From Eledone cirrhosa (lineage: Eukaryota): a DNA stretch of 64,000 bases. Positions 12,861 to 25,019 of the stretch are shown here, piece after piece. The stretch is from the NCBI GenBank assembly GCA_964016885.1, contig OZ024752.1, positions 24,738,001-24,802,000 on the forward strand, in the 5' to 3' direction. Within the stretch, counting starts at the first letter, position 1; each line of letters starts with the position of its first letter. The translations under genes were made by a program, and so were the position numbers. The notes below the pieces were generated by a model that made no database searches, had not been told where the DNA came from, and saw nothing but the letters and a program-made list of their open reading frames with translations.

Positions 12861-13316
12861 ATACCTTCGTGTCAGTCGATTGAACGTTTGAAACTATATA
12901 CTTTCCTTATGCATATTAACGGCTGAGCAGCCTAATTTGCATATCGAGTGAGTTAGTCGGCCAGGCGTACCGAAAACAATAAATGGAAAAAATGAAATTT
13001 CATTTCCCACTCTCAGTACGGCTGACACTTAAATATAAGTATGTATACGTACATACATACATATATATATGTGCATGTATGTATGTATATACATACTACT
13101 GTACGTCTGTATACGTATATGTATGTACATATACATACTTATATTTAAGTATCAGCCGTACTAAGAGTGAGAAATGAAATTTCATTTTTTCCATTTATCG
13201 TTTTCGGTACGCCCGGCTGACTAGCTCACTCGATATGCAAATTAGGCTGCTCAGCCGTTAATATGCATAAGGAAAGTATATACTTTCAAACGTTCAATCG
13301 ACTGACACGAAGGTAT

Positions 13317-13359
13317 ATAGTGTTGATGACAGCTAATAAGCTAGAAACTAGTTTATCGT
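13317..13359 (+). ncRNA. Hammerhead motif (retrozyme family), core C3->U, weakened stem I
   Basis: auagug UUGAUGA cagcuaauaagcua GAAA cuag UU uaucgu. Confidence 0.65.
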
Positions 13360-13836
13360 TCCTTTGTCAGTGTTGAACAAAAGGGCAACGATGGCTGCCG
13401 AACACTGTACGGCTTAATTCGGGATGTTTGTTTACAAACAAACCGAGCATTATAATAAATGCTCGGTAAATCCATACGTACATGTATATATGTGTGCATG
13501 TATGTACATACATACTACTGTACGTCTGTATACATATATGTATGTACGTATACATACATACTTACATTTAAGTATCAGCTGTACTAAGAGTGAGAAATGA
13601 AATGTCATTTTTTCCATATATATATATATATATATATAGTAATAATAATAAATTTGAAGCTAAAATCCAAAGAGGGCTCGATTCTTTGCTTAAACTTTAA
13701 TCTGTTATTTCAATAAATATATATATATATATATATATATACAAAAGTTTTATTTAAATTGTTGGGATACAATAAGCAAATATTTTTATAACTGATATAA
13801 AGCACTCGACAAATATTTGGAGTAGATATACGATAT

Positions 13837-13885
13837 TAATTGTTTCTACTTTAGGCACAAGGCCAGCATTTACCCAGTGCATTAC
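13837..13885 (-). mobile_element. SINE family 1 3' fragment inserted in the left palindrome arm
   Basis: tgtttctactttaggcacaaggccagc...cattac flanked by ttaat; absent from the right arm. Confidence 0.75.
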
Positions 13886-13920
13886 TTAATAAATGGAAAC
13901 TATATTTATAAAACCATATT

Positions 13921-13985
13921 TATTTCATTATATATATTTCAAGGATACCAAGTTACATTATGGTATGCCTTCATCAGACAAAATA
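13921..13985 (-). ncRNA. Type I hammerhead ribozyme (family B)
   Basis: Reverse complement of the 15768-15832 motif. Confidence 0.8.
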
Positions 13986-14429
13986 CAATATATAACAGTT
14001 TTATAAATAGACATTGACGTACCCCTTTTAAAAATTGACCGTTGTTTTTGGAGGCCATCAGGATAGTGATTTGTTTACTTTAGTAAGTCATAGTGTTAAG
14101 AGTAAGTAAAAAGATGGAGAGAGAGAGAAACGTGGAGAAAAGAAAGGGAGAGATAGATAAAGAAAAAGAAGAAAACAAAAAGAAAAGAGAACAGAGGAAA
14201 AATAACGGGGAGATATCAAACCATCAGACAGAGAAAAAAAAAATTTAGAGAGAGATATATAGAGATAGAGAGAGGGGGGAGAGAACGAAAGCCTGAAGTT
14301 ATGTCATATTAAGTTGAGTTAACAATTGGGATGAAAAGCATAAATAAAATTAGAAATATTAATATTCATGAATGGAATATAGATATATAATATGAGAAAT
14401 TACACATTGTTTAATTATGATTAGATATT

Positions 14430-14771
14430 ATATAAAATACAAAAGGATTATATTTTGGAAATATAATTATATCAATATAACTTAAAAAGCAAACGAATTC
14501 TACAAATATCAAAATACTAAAATATCCCAAAATATTATAGAATATTTTAAGTTAAAATAATATGTTTAAAAGTTTGTCCTTTCAATATCTTGATTAAAAT
14601 ATACGTAAGATTAATTTCTATACTAAATATATTAAACATATTATTTTAACTTAAAATATTCTATAATATTTTGGGATATTTTAGTATTTTGATATTTGTA
14701 GAATTCGTTTGCTTTTTAAGTTATATTGATATAATTATATTTCCAAAATATAATCCTTTTGTATTTTATAT
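14430..14771. repeat. Nested ~140-bp inverted repeat with ~60-bp spacer
   Basis: 14430-14569 is the reverse complement of 14632-14771. Confidence 0.9.
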
Positions 14772-15767
14772 ACTCAATTGTACTATGTTATATGTTGATT
14801 ATATCTATATACGGCTAATGTATCTATATGTGTGTGTTGACATACATATACATGTGTTATATGCTTTTTTATGATTATATGTCTGTCTGTATATATGCAT
14901 GAGTGACGCATGTATACCAATTGAAGATGCACACACATATCTATTCATGTATAGCTAAGAATTATGGATGTGAATGTACAGGCTTACACATGCAGTTTTT
15001 TATTGCAGATATGCATAACTTAACAGCCATAAATGCATGAAAGTTAATCCTATGTATTTATATATATATACTAAAAACTTTTAATTTTTAATTAATAACA
15101 CAGGGAATGTATGGTAAAAAATCACTTATGCTTTGTATATATATATTATGTGCGGGAGTAGATATAATGTGTATTTTCTGAGTGAGTGTGTATATATATA
15201 TATTTATGTACCTTTGCCTATGTGTATGTAATATGCGATAGATAATCTCTCTAGCAATATATATATTTTATAATGTTTAAATTCCAATTTTTAATATATT
15301 GATCTCAATTTTAAACTAAATATCTCATCATAATTAAACAATGTGTAATTTCTCATATTATATATCTATATTCCATTCATGAATATTAATATTTCTAATT
15401 TTATTTATGCTTTTCATCCCAATTGTTAACTCAATTTAATATGACATAACTTCAGGCTTTCGTTCTCTCCCCCCTCTCTCTATCTCTATATATCTCTCTC
15501 TGGATTTTTTTTTCTCTGTCTGATGGTTTGATATCTCCCCGTTATTTTTCCTCTGTTCTCTTTTCTTTTTGTTTTCTTCTTTTTCTTTATCTATCTCTCC
15601 CTTTCTTTTCTCCACGTTTCTCTCTCTCTCTCTCTTCATCTTTTTACTTACTCTTAACACTATGACTTACTAAAGTAAACAAATCACTATCCTGATGGCC
15701 TCCAAAAACAACGGTCAATTTTTAAAAGGGGTACGTCAATGTCTATTTATAAAACTGTTATATATTG

Positions 15768-15832
15768 TATTTTGTCTGATGAAGGCATACCATAATGTAA
15801 CTTGGTATCCTTGAAATATATATAATGAAATA
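15768..15832 (+). ncRNA. Type I hammerhead ribozyme (family B)
   Basis: uauuuugu CUGAUGA agg(c)auacca-loop-ugguauccu-u GAAA uauaua UA augaaaua. 8-bp stem I with two G-U pairs, AUA cleavage triplet. Confidence 0.8.
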
Positions 15833-15871
15833 AATATGGTTTTATAAATATAGTTTCCATTTATTAATATC

Positions 15872-15913
<42 letters not shown>

Positions 15914-16156
15914 AAAATCAAAATCAAAATAAAGTCAAAGAGGGGACGTGTTGACAACGAAAGGTGTGTTGGGAGGGGGAGGGGAATAAATAAAAACAAC
16001 TTTCAAATAAACAAATACACACGATATGCATATATATATATACATATATACACATATATATGTATATATACTCATACACACATACAAACAAACACACATA
16101 TATGTATATATATATATATATATAAAATAAATATACATATATATATATATGCATAC

Positions 16157-16187
<31 letters not shown>

Positions 16188-16460
16188 TAGATACATATAC
16201 ACACACATCCACATACATATACATACAATAAAAACCTAAAATAAATTAGATAGATGAATCTCAAAGGTATATAACCCACGTAAATACGTACACATATGCG
16301 TGCACGCACGCATGCAATAAAAGATCAACACACGCATACATATAAACATATACGTAAATCCATACAACACACATACACATATATACAAAAACATATACAC
16401 ATACACATATGTATATACACACACACACATATATATATCCATATATACACATACACACAC

Positions 16461-16495
<35 letters not shown>

Positions 16496-16797
16496 CACAT
16501 GTATACAAAAAAATACACACACACACACACGTGCATATGTGTGTGCATAAACATATAGACAGACAAACTATAAATACACACACGCTCGTAGGTGGGAGTA
16601 TAAAAAAGGGGGGAGGGGGTACCAAACAATGAAAAAAATGATATACTCCACAAGACCCGTCGAGTGCTTCGAATCAGTTAAAATTATATATTTTTGTTGA
16701 ATGACCGACAAAATAAATATCCCTATGCTTACAAATACGGTACACATTCACATATATACACACACACATATACATATATCGACATATATATAAATAT

Positions 16798-16844
<47 letters not shown>

Positions 16845-17229
16845 CACTGTTATGTATTCTTGTGGTTCGTGCTGGGATAATAACTCACTGAAGGCGTTAG
16901 CATGATTATACGTGTTTATTTACTTGGCATGTTTTAGCGGAGAGATACATACTGTGCGTATCCGCCTTAGACACAGTTCCTACTGTTTACTAGATGCGCT
17001 TAACAAAATAGTACTGATAGTGGGGATGTATTCATTGTTATGTATATCTACGCATACACATAGGTATGAATGTGTAACATCCCTTCTTCTTGAAAAAAAA
17101 GGATCTTTTGGCAATGAAAAAATAAGTAGAAGTAATTTCCCTTACACTAATGGATTGTCAGCGCAAGGGTGGCAATCCTGCAGCAGAAACCATGAGATTA
17201 TTCTGTCCACACACGTGGTTTTCTGCTTC

Positions 17230-20200
17230 CTAATCTAGCAGAAATAGTTTTTTTTCTTTTTTTTTTTTTCTTTTAACGGTATCGAATCGGTGGTAAAATG
17301 TTCGGTCTCCATCTGGTGGATCTTGTGCGCTGCACTGGTGTCTGAGGTGTTTGTTGGGCTGCTGATAGGTGGTTGGTGCCCGTTGGGGTGATGATTCTGT
17401 GGAAGCACGGATTCTGTGTGTGTCGTCATCTGCTGTGGGTGTTGCGCATGTTATCCTCGATAGCTTTGGTGTTGGGAGGATGTGGGCCCTGTTACGTCTC
17501 AGCTGCCTACCAGATTCAGTTTCTATAATATATGATCTTGGAGTTTCGGCTCTACTGACAACTTGTGCTGGGATCCATGTTTTGGTTATAGGATCTTGAG
17601 TATGCACATGCTGTCCTCCAAGTATCTCAGGTAAGTATTGTACATGTTTGTTGTAATATTTCTGTGCTTGTTTTTGAGTGGCTGCTAGCTTTGCCCTTGT
17701 CTCTTCCTGGTCAATAGGAGGTTGGATCTTAGTTGGCAGGGTGGTTTTGTATTTCCTGCCATTCAGCATTTCTGCTGGGGATTTCATGTCAGTCCTCAGT
17801 GGTGTCGCTCGTAGGGACAGAAGTGCCAGGTGTGGGTCTTCCTTAGTTTCTCGGCATTTGACTAGTGTTCTCTTGACTGTCTGCACCTGTCTTTCTATGA
17901 ATCCATGGCCTTTGGGGTAGTGTGGAGATGAGGTTATAATGTTGAACCCATACTCATCGGCTAGCTTTTTGAATTCCTGAGATGTGAACTGGGTTCCATT
18001 GTCACATATGATCTGCTCTGGTATTCCTTGCTCTGCTAGGAGTCCTCAAGCCACTGTAGTTATTGTTTTGGCCTTCAGGTCTTTCACTTTTCTCACAAAT
18101 GGGAATTTGGAGTAGTAGCAGACTGTGAACAGATCTACTCCAATAGTTTGCCATGGCCTTCTTGGAATGTCACTGGATATCATTTCCTCCTTTTGTTGTG
18201 AGTTTCTGTACTTTTGACAGATGTGGCATGTAGAAACCATCTTTTCTATGTCTTTGTACATGCCTATCCAATATACAGCTGACTTGGCTCGGAGTTTGCA
18301 TTTTTCCATTCCCAGATGTCCTTGGTGGATCTTGACAAGAATCTCTTTTTGCATTGATTTGGGCATAATTATTCGGGATCCAGCCATCAGGATTCCATTC
18401 TCCACTGATATGTCATCATGGATGGCCCAATATTCACGAATGAGGGGCTGCACCTGATGTCGCTTCTCTGGCCACCCCTGAATCACCATCTGAGTAAGGA
18501 GCTGGAGTTCTTCATCTTTGCTGGTCTCCTCTTTGATTTGTTCCAGCTTTGTGTTTGTCACATTTACAATGTGGTGGACCTTTACACTTAGTCCTTCCAT
18601 TTCCTGTTTATCATGTGAGGATAGTCTGGAAAGAGCATCCACCAATATCAGGTCCTTTCCTGGCTTGTACCTGATATTGTAGTCATATTTTTGGAGCCTC
18701 AACAGTAACCTTTGCAGTCTGGCTGGTGCTTTTGTGAGGTTTTTTTTTGTATATTTGTTCTAGCGGGCGATGGTCAGACTCAATATTGAAATATCTGCCA
18801 TACAGGTATGTGTGAAACTTTTCACAGCCATATACTAATGCCAGGTGTTCCCTTCCAATGTTTGCATACCTTGTCTCTGTGGGTGAGAGAGCTTTCGAGG
18901 CATATGCACTAGGTTTACCTTCTTGTATCAATGTTGCGCCAACTCCTCTCATAGAAGCATCAACTTGGAGTATTACTGGTTTGCATCTATCATAGTACTG
19001 CAAAGTTGTCTCCTTACTGATGAGCTTTTTGATTGCATTGAAATCCTGTGTGTGCGAAGCACACCAATCAAACTCTATGTCATCTTTCATTAGCTCTCGG
19101 AGGTTTGCAGTGTGATCGGCCAGCTTAGGTATGAAGGCTCCCATATAGTGGATGAGTCCCAGGAAGCTTCTGAGTTCCTTCTTATCTTTGGGTTCTCTGA
19201 TGTCACTGATGGCTCTTCCACTTTAGCGGGGTCTGGTTTCACTCCCTCTGCAGAGTATATCATTCCAAAAAATTTGCACTCTTTTGCTTTGATCACACAC
19301 TTGTCTACATTGAGTTTGATACCTGCTTGTCGGGTTTTCTCCATAGCTTCATGTAAATTGAAGTCATGTGTGATCTCATCCTTGCCATGCACTTGGATAT
19401 CGTCTGCTATCCCAATTGCTCCCTTGCAGCCTTGGTAGGCCTCATCTATTTGGCGCTCGAAAACATCTTGGCTCACCTTCAATCCAAATGGGAGTCGGTT
19501 GAATCGGTATCTGCCAAATGGTGTGTTGAAGGTAGTTAGCATCGATGATTCTTTGTCTATCTTTACATTCCAGTACCCATTACTGGCATCCAGTTTGCTG
19601 AATATCTTGGATCCAGCTAATGATGGTGTGATTTCTTCAAGGGTTGGAATTGGGTAGTAATCTCGTTTTAATGCCATGTTCAGATCTCTTGGGTTGAGGC
19701 ATATTCGTAAGGTACCATTGGCTTTTTCTTTGATTACAATTGAATTCACCCAGTCAGTTGGTCGTGTCACTTTGGTGATTATTTCCTTCTTCTCCATTCT
19801 GTCTAACTCTGCCTTCAGCTTCTCTTTTAATTCCAGCGGAACGCGGCGAGGTGGGTGAACAATTGGTTTGGCATTGGGGTCGACTGTTATATGGTATCGA
19901 CAATTCTCAAAACACCCGACTGTATCGTCAAAGCATTCTGGGTACATGCTTATCAGTTCTTTATTTGTGATTGGTGGTCGGTCTTCGATAGGCATATCTC
20001 TGTCAATCCTGCTTGGAGCTGCCTTCACTTCCCCGTTGATTGACACAATATTAAGCCTTTGACAGGTATTAAATCCAAGAATTGCTGGTCCTTCTGTTCT
20101 TGTGACATAAAAAGAACACTTGATTATTTTTCCTTTGTGTGTCCCTGTAATGGTTGTTTTGCCCAGTTGTGGAATCCTGGTACCTCCGTATGCAGTGAGG

Positions 20201-21294
20201 ATTACATCACTTGGTGTGAGGATTCCTTCTTTGACTTTATCCTCTTGTGTCATGTGTTCTGGGAACATCTTTTTGTAGAGGTTGACAGGCAAGATATCAC
20301 TCTGGGCTCCAGTGTCAATCTTTAGCTTTAAGTCAATGTTTATTCGTTTCTTGCCTGACGTCTTTTGGATTTGTATTGTTGTGTATGCTTCATTTTTTTT
20401 CTGGTTGTCATTTCCCATCTCATGTACATTTATTGTGCCGACTGCCAAGAATTCCTCCTCTGAGGTGTTTTCTTCCTGTTGTTGGGCATGTTTGTCTCTT
20501 TGTCTTCTCTTTCCGCTCCTCTTTGGAAACTGGGGCTTGTATTTGTGAGATTTTGTTAGTCTACACATTTTTCCCCAGTGGTTGGACTTTCCACATGCTT
20601 TGCAGTGTGTACCAAATGCAGGACATTTCCTCCGGTCATTGAACTCATGCTCTGTACCGCAGTACTGGCATGTTCTGTGTTTGTGGGTATGTTTCATTCT
20701 ATGTCTGGATACAATATCTACACTGCTGCCTATTGTGTTTGTTTGTAAAGTAAGTGAGGCCATTTGTTTCGTAGTGGCTTCGAATGCTCTTGCAGTGTCT
20801 ACTGCTTCCATCAACTGGAGAGCGTCCTTACCTATGAGGGATTTCTGGACTTCTTTGTGAGCACACCCCCATATGAGTTGATCAACAATCCTTTCGTCCT
20901 TGTCTTTGAATCTGCATTTCTCGGCAACATTCTTTAGTCTGGACAGGAAGTTGTCAATTGTTTCTTGTGGGTCTTGTGTCAGGCCCTGGAATTCGTACCT
21001 ATGAATTCTATGGTTTGATCTGGGCTCGAGGTGCCTTTCAAATTTCTCTAACAGTGTGTCTGGATTATTGCAATCCAATTCTGACATGTCCCAACTATTG
21101 AATAGGTCTAGGCCCTTCTCTCCCGTCCATAAAAGGATGTAGCTTACCTTTTCATCAGCAGTTGTACCTTTCAGGAAGCTTTTGAAAGCCAATTGAGTTT
21201 TCTGTTTGAATTTCTTGAATGCTTCCACGATATCATCGGCATCCCAGTTCATGGTTGGATGTAGATTCATCTGTATGGTGACGGGGGCCGCCAT
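17230..21294 (-). pseudogene. Gypsy gag-pol polyprotein, frameshifted
   Basis: Two CCHC knuckles, protease LKIDTGA, RT IADD, RNase H VDAS/ESDHRPL, integrase H-H-C-C and DNGTQF. Breaks near 19215, 18740 and 18050, plus a short deletion after GVDLF. Confidence 0.92.
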
Positions 21295-21387
21295 TTTGGA
21301 TTCTCGTGTGTGTGTACGAAGACGAAATTTCAGGTTTGTTGTGTTCCTGTTTTGTTGTAAAGGCACGGTTTTCGATTAAGTATTTAT

Positions 21388-21398
21388 CGCTGCCACCA
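21388..21398 (-). promoter_or_regulatory. Primer-binding site, complementary to tRNA-Leu 3' end
   Basis: TGGTGGCAGCG directly after the 5' LTR; the complement CGCUGCCACCA is the usual eukaryotic tRNA-Leu terminus. Confidence 0.7.
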
Positions 21399-21651
21399 TG
21401 TTATGTATTCTTGTGGTTCGTGCTGAGATAATAAACAACTCACTGAAGGCGTTAGCATGATTATACGTGTTTATTTACTTGGCATGTTTTAGCGGAGAGA
21501 TACATACTGTGCGTATCCGCCTTAGACACAGTTCCTACTGTTTACTAGATGCGCTTAACAAAATAGTACTGATAGTGGGGATGTATTCATTGTTATGTAT
21601 ATCTACGCATACACATAGGTATGAACGTGTAACATACACACACACACACAC

Positions 21652-21694
<43 letters not shown>

Positions 21695-21713
21695 CACACA
21701 CACACACATATAT

Positions 21714-21748
<35 letters not shown>

Positions 21749-22132
21749 CACACACACACATATATATATATATATACACACACACACATATATATATATA
21801 TACACACACACACACATGCATACATATAAAATAATAAGAACACATATATGTATGTACACATAAGCCTGTCTCCAAATGCGCCCACATACAACCTTATGTG
21901 AGTACACTTAAAAACCTAGTGGGTAAGTAAGGGCAAGGGTGGAGTAAAATTGAGATCAATTAATAAAAACAATTTATAAGAACAGGTAAGGGAGAAAAGG
22001 GGTGTAAAATTTGAAGTAAAGAGTGAGTGTGATGAGATCTGGATAAGTTAAAAAGTGATCTGGGTAAAGGATAAAGGTGGTGGGTTTGTATGTGTTAAAG
22101 GTATGATAGAAAATGGGGGAGGGGGTTATAAG

Positions 22133-24720
22133 TCAAATTAAAAAAATATATATATATATAGAAAGAGATGAGGCAGAAAAAGTATATATTGGTACAAAGT
22201 ATGTGTTCATCAGGTGAGGATATTGGTAGTGAGTGGAAGGCGTGACAAGTAAAGAAGAAGCTGAAGCTGGTTGAGTAATCGTTGGTGTGTTAATCCAGTT
22301 AAAAACTATATGCGATTTCAGGTGCAGACAACATCTAAAGATCTCGGTCTTAGAGTTGAGACAAGTAGAAGGGGTTTTCAAGTTTTGGAGAATTCTAAAT
22401 TTTTCCGTAGTACACAAAGAACATTTCTTTGTGCCCTTTTGGTATTCTCTTGAATGGTCTAAAATAGACCAATCAATAGTGTACGGAATTTTTTTGTCTT
22501 TAAACTCCCACACTTTATTTGCCAGCGCCGTTGCTGTTCTTTTTTCAGGGTGTTTGAAAGAAGCGACATGTGCATAGTACCTGGTTTTATATATGTCCTG
22601 AGTCATGCCAACATATCTTCACTCCTGGCTGGCTGGTTATTAATCATCAGTGTCAATTTGGCCTCATACACAATAGATTTGGCATTACATTTACCCTGTA
22701 ATGGGCATTCTTCCGGCTTCCTGAAACTGCATCCTGGATTTACTCTAGTACCATTAGAGTTGGTGATTTTAGTTTTCATTGATGGGTAACAAGAGTAACT
22801 GATTTTAACAACATTTCTATTGAATATTTTATATCTATGATTAGGGGGGAAATGTTTGTCTAGAAGGTCGAGGAATTTTCTTCCTACGTTAGTTTTAAGT
22901 TATAGAGAAGGGGGTCTAAACCAAATAATTTTTCTTTTCCTGTTATTGTGTTTAGTGTTAGAAACAGGAGTAGGTAAATATTTAATTTGTTCAGTGAAGC
23001 CGCTATTACTGAGGACCTTATTATAATTGTTAAAACTATCTATAGACGAAGATAAGGTAGAAATCCTACGGCTAATGTTAGGAATAAGATGTTTAAAGAC
23101 TATAGGGGGATGGCAAGACTCTTTGTGTATATATCTTAAATTTTCATTAGGTTTATGATAAGGTTTAAAAGAGGCGGTAAGTAGGTCAAGATTGATATCA
23201 AGAAAGTTAGTATTAGTAAGATTCGTATCTATAGTAATTTTAAGGTTTAGGTTAGCAAAGGTATTGATTAAGTCTTTACGGAATTTATCAAGGTTATGGC
23301 CGTTGGTGGTATGAGAAACTGACAAACCGTTGTCTCGGTATAAACCGATATTATGGCAAGGAAATTTCTCTTTAAGGGTGTGGAGAAGGAATAATCCTAT
23401 TAAGTCGCACACATCGGCACTATCATATGAGCCCATCGCAACATCAAAAGAGTTTTCAGGGCTTGATTTTTTAACCCAAGTACCTTCATTAGCAAAGAGT
23501 AGTGTTTTCCTAGCATGAAAGATATCGTCTTCTTCTAATTTAGAAATATTAATGAAAAGTCTAGCAAAAATCTAAGGCTTTTGTTAATAAGGATTCAGTA
23601 ATAGAGAGGTAAAAATCAACAATATCAAATTGGGTAAAGCTATACTTATTTTTTCCTTGTATATTATTAAACCAAGAAATAACAGGATGTATTTAACCAT
23701 TGAGATAAGTCAGTCATAGTTCTTATTTGAAGTATTATTTTTCTTAAGATTTTTTTACTCGCAAGGCCAATTTCAGATTTAGCAGGGTTGATTAGTCTAC
23801 AACTGGGTCGACTAGTAAAGTCTAATTTATGGTCTTTAAGGGTAATATATTCTTTACGTTTAGCTAGGCTTTCAATCCGGTTGTCTATTTTTAAGGTACT
23901 AGCTAGGGCTTTAGCTTCATATTAATGGTATTGTAAGTATTAATGTTAGCTATTTGATATTTAGCCATAATGCTATCTGTTAATAGTTGGTTATACGAAT
24001 TGTTATTTACCTCAAAAAGATTTTTGGTTTTATCAGAAAAAACAAAAGTATTTGTAGAGTGTTTAAAATTAGAAACGTCGTTAAAGAGTTTGGATTGAAA
24101 ATTATTGTTGTACTTACGGTATTTTAATTCAGTAATCAAGTTAACTAGGTCTATTTCGAAGTTGGCCATGTCCTTAACTCTAGGTGGGTATTTGCGAGAT
24201 TTAATATCAAAGTAGTCATTAGAATCAGCACAGAATTTTCCATCGAAAATCATAGCCTTCCATCTCATTCTTTTTATGACTTGTTCAGTTTTATCGATTA
24301 ATAATTTGGTATAGGTGGTGTTGGAAAGAGTAGATATATTTTTCAGAGAATAATCCAATTCATAAACATCCATGGTGTATGTTTGTTAATTTCCTGAAAC
24401 TGTAGAGTGTTCAACTTATCGGGCCGGAAGGTGCCAATCATATATGTAATATAGAATATGCTTCGATCATTCCCGGTTGGAGCTGTATAAATAAAGTATT
24501 TCCGTCGGAAAGGTGCAGGAAAAAAGAGTGCTCTATGTAGGCTAAAGAGCTTATTAGTTATGTAATAAACAACATAAGATAATTATTTCATATACCAGTG
24601 GTTTCTTGAAGGCAGATGATGTGTCTGTCTTCAGTCGTCAGAATGAATAAATAACTTGGTGTGTTTATTAAATATGGATTTGAAAACAAAATTTAGGAAA
24701 TATGAAAGTGAGGCTGGAAA
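22133..24720 (-). mobile_element. Penelope-like element, Naiad-type (family A), full-length but decayed
   Basis: ATG at 24373, YSLKNI...KRMRWKA; RT MGSYDSADVCDL and GLYRDNGL (catalytic D->N); C-terminal GIY-YIG region with CSLC...CLH; 5' leader with HHR. Confidence 0.88.
24586..24648 (-). ncRNA. Type I hammerhead ribozyme (family A) in PLE 5' leader
   Basis: uucauu CUGACGA c-ugaagacaga-loop-ucugccuuca-a GAAA cc-acu-gg UA uaugaa; GUA triplet. Confidence 0.82.
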
Positions 24721-25019
24721 AAAACGGGCAAAAAGGAAATAGGGGAAACATTTTTTTTTTTAAATATATATTAAAAAAATGAATATCCAGAACATAAACA
24801 TACACACACTCAACTACGCGCATATACGTAATAGTACGAAGACGCATACTTTCTCTCATAAGCGTATTTACGTCTACATAGAAATACGAACGGGAACATA
24901 AATACATCCACATACACACACACATATATATATACACACACACGTACATATACATAACCATACACACATATATACAAGCCTACACACACACACACATATA
25001 TATATTTATAGTATAAAAG

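Larger units (their letters stand above)
12705..13617. mobile_element. Non-LTR retrozyme-like ~420-bp repeat: one inverted partial unit plus ~1.3 tandem units
   Basis: 12705-13060 is the reverse complement of ~13118-13473. ctactgtacgtctg recurs at 13096 and 13515 (period 419). Each unit that spans the site contains an HHR motif. Confidence 0.82.
13742..15875. mobile_element. Inverted pair of PLE pseudo-LTRs (family B) with no ORF; large palindrome
   Basis: Arms ~13827-14421 and ~15327-15875 are near-perfect reverse complements, each with an HHR. 13742-13825 matches 58307-58390 in reverse. Confidence 0.8.
16848..21634 (-). mobile_element. Full-length Ty3/Gypsy LTR retrotransposon (Mag/K02A2.6-like)
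   Basis: LTRs at 16848-17079 and 21399-21634 (TGTTA...TAACA); 5-bp TSD TACAC; PBS TGGTGGCAGCG; polypurine tract next to 17080; domain order gag-PR-RT-RH-IN. Confidence 0.96.

Noticed and set aside
15924-16625. ORFs rich in Y/I/C/V/H/T here and at 21467-21907, 54171-54974, 57171-57775, 63020-63301
   Set aside because: Translations of TA/CA/GT microsatellites.
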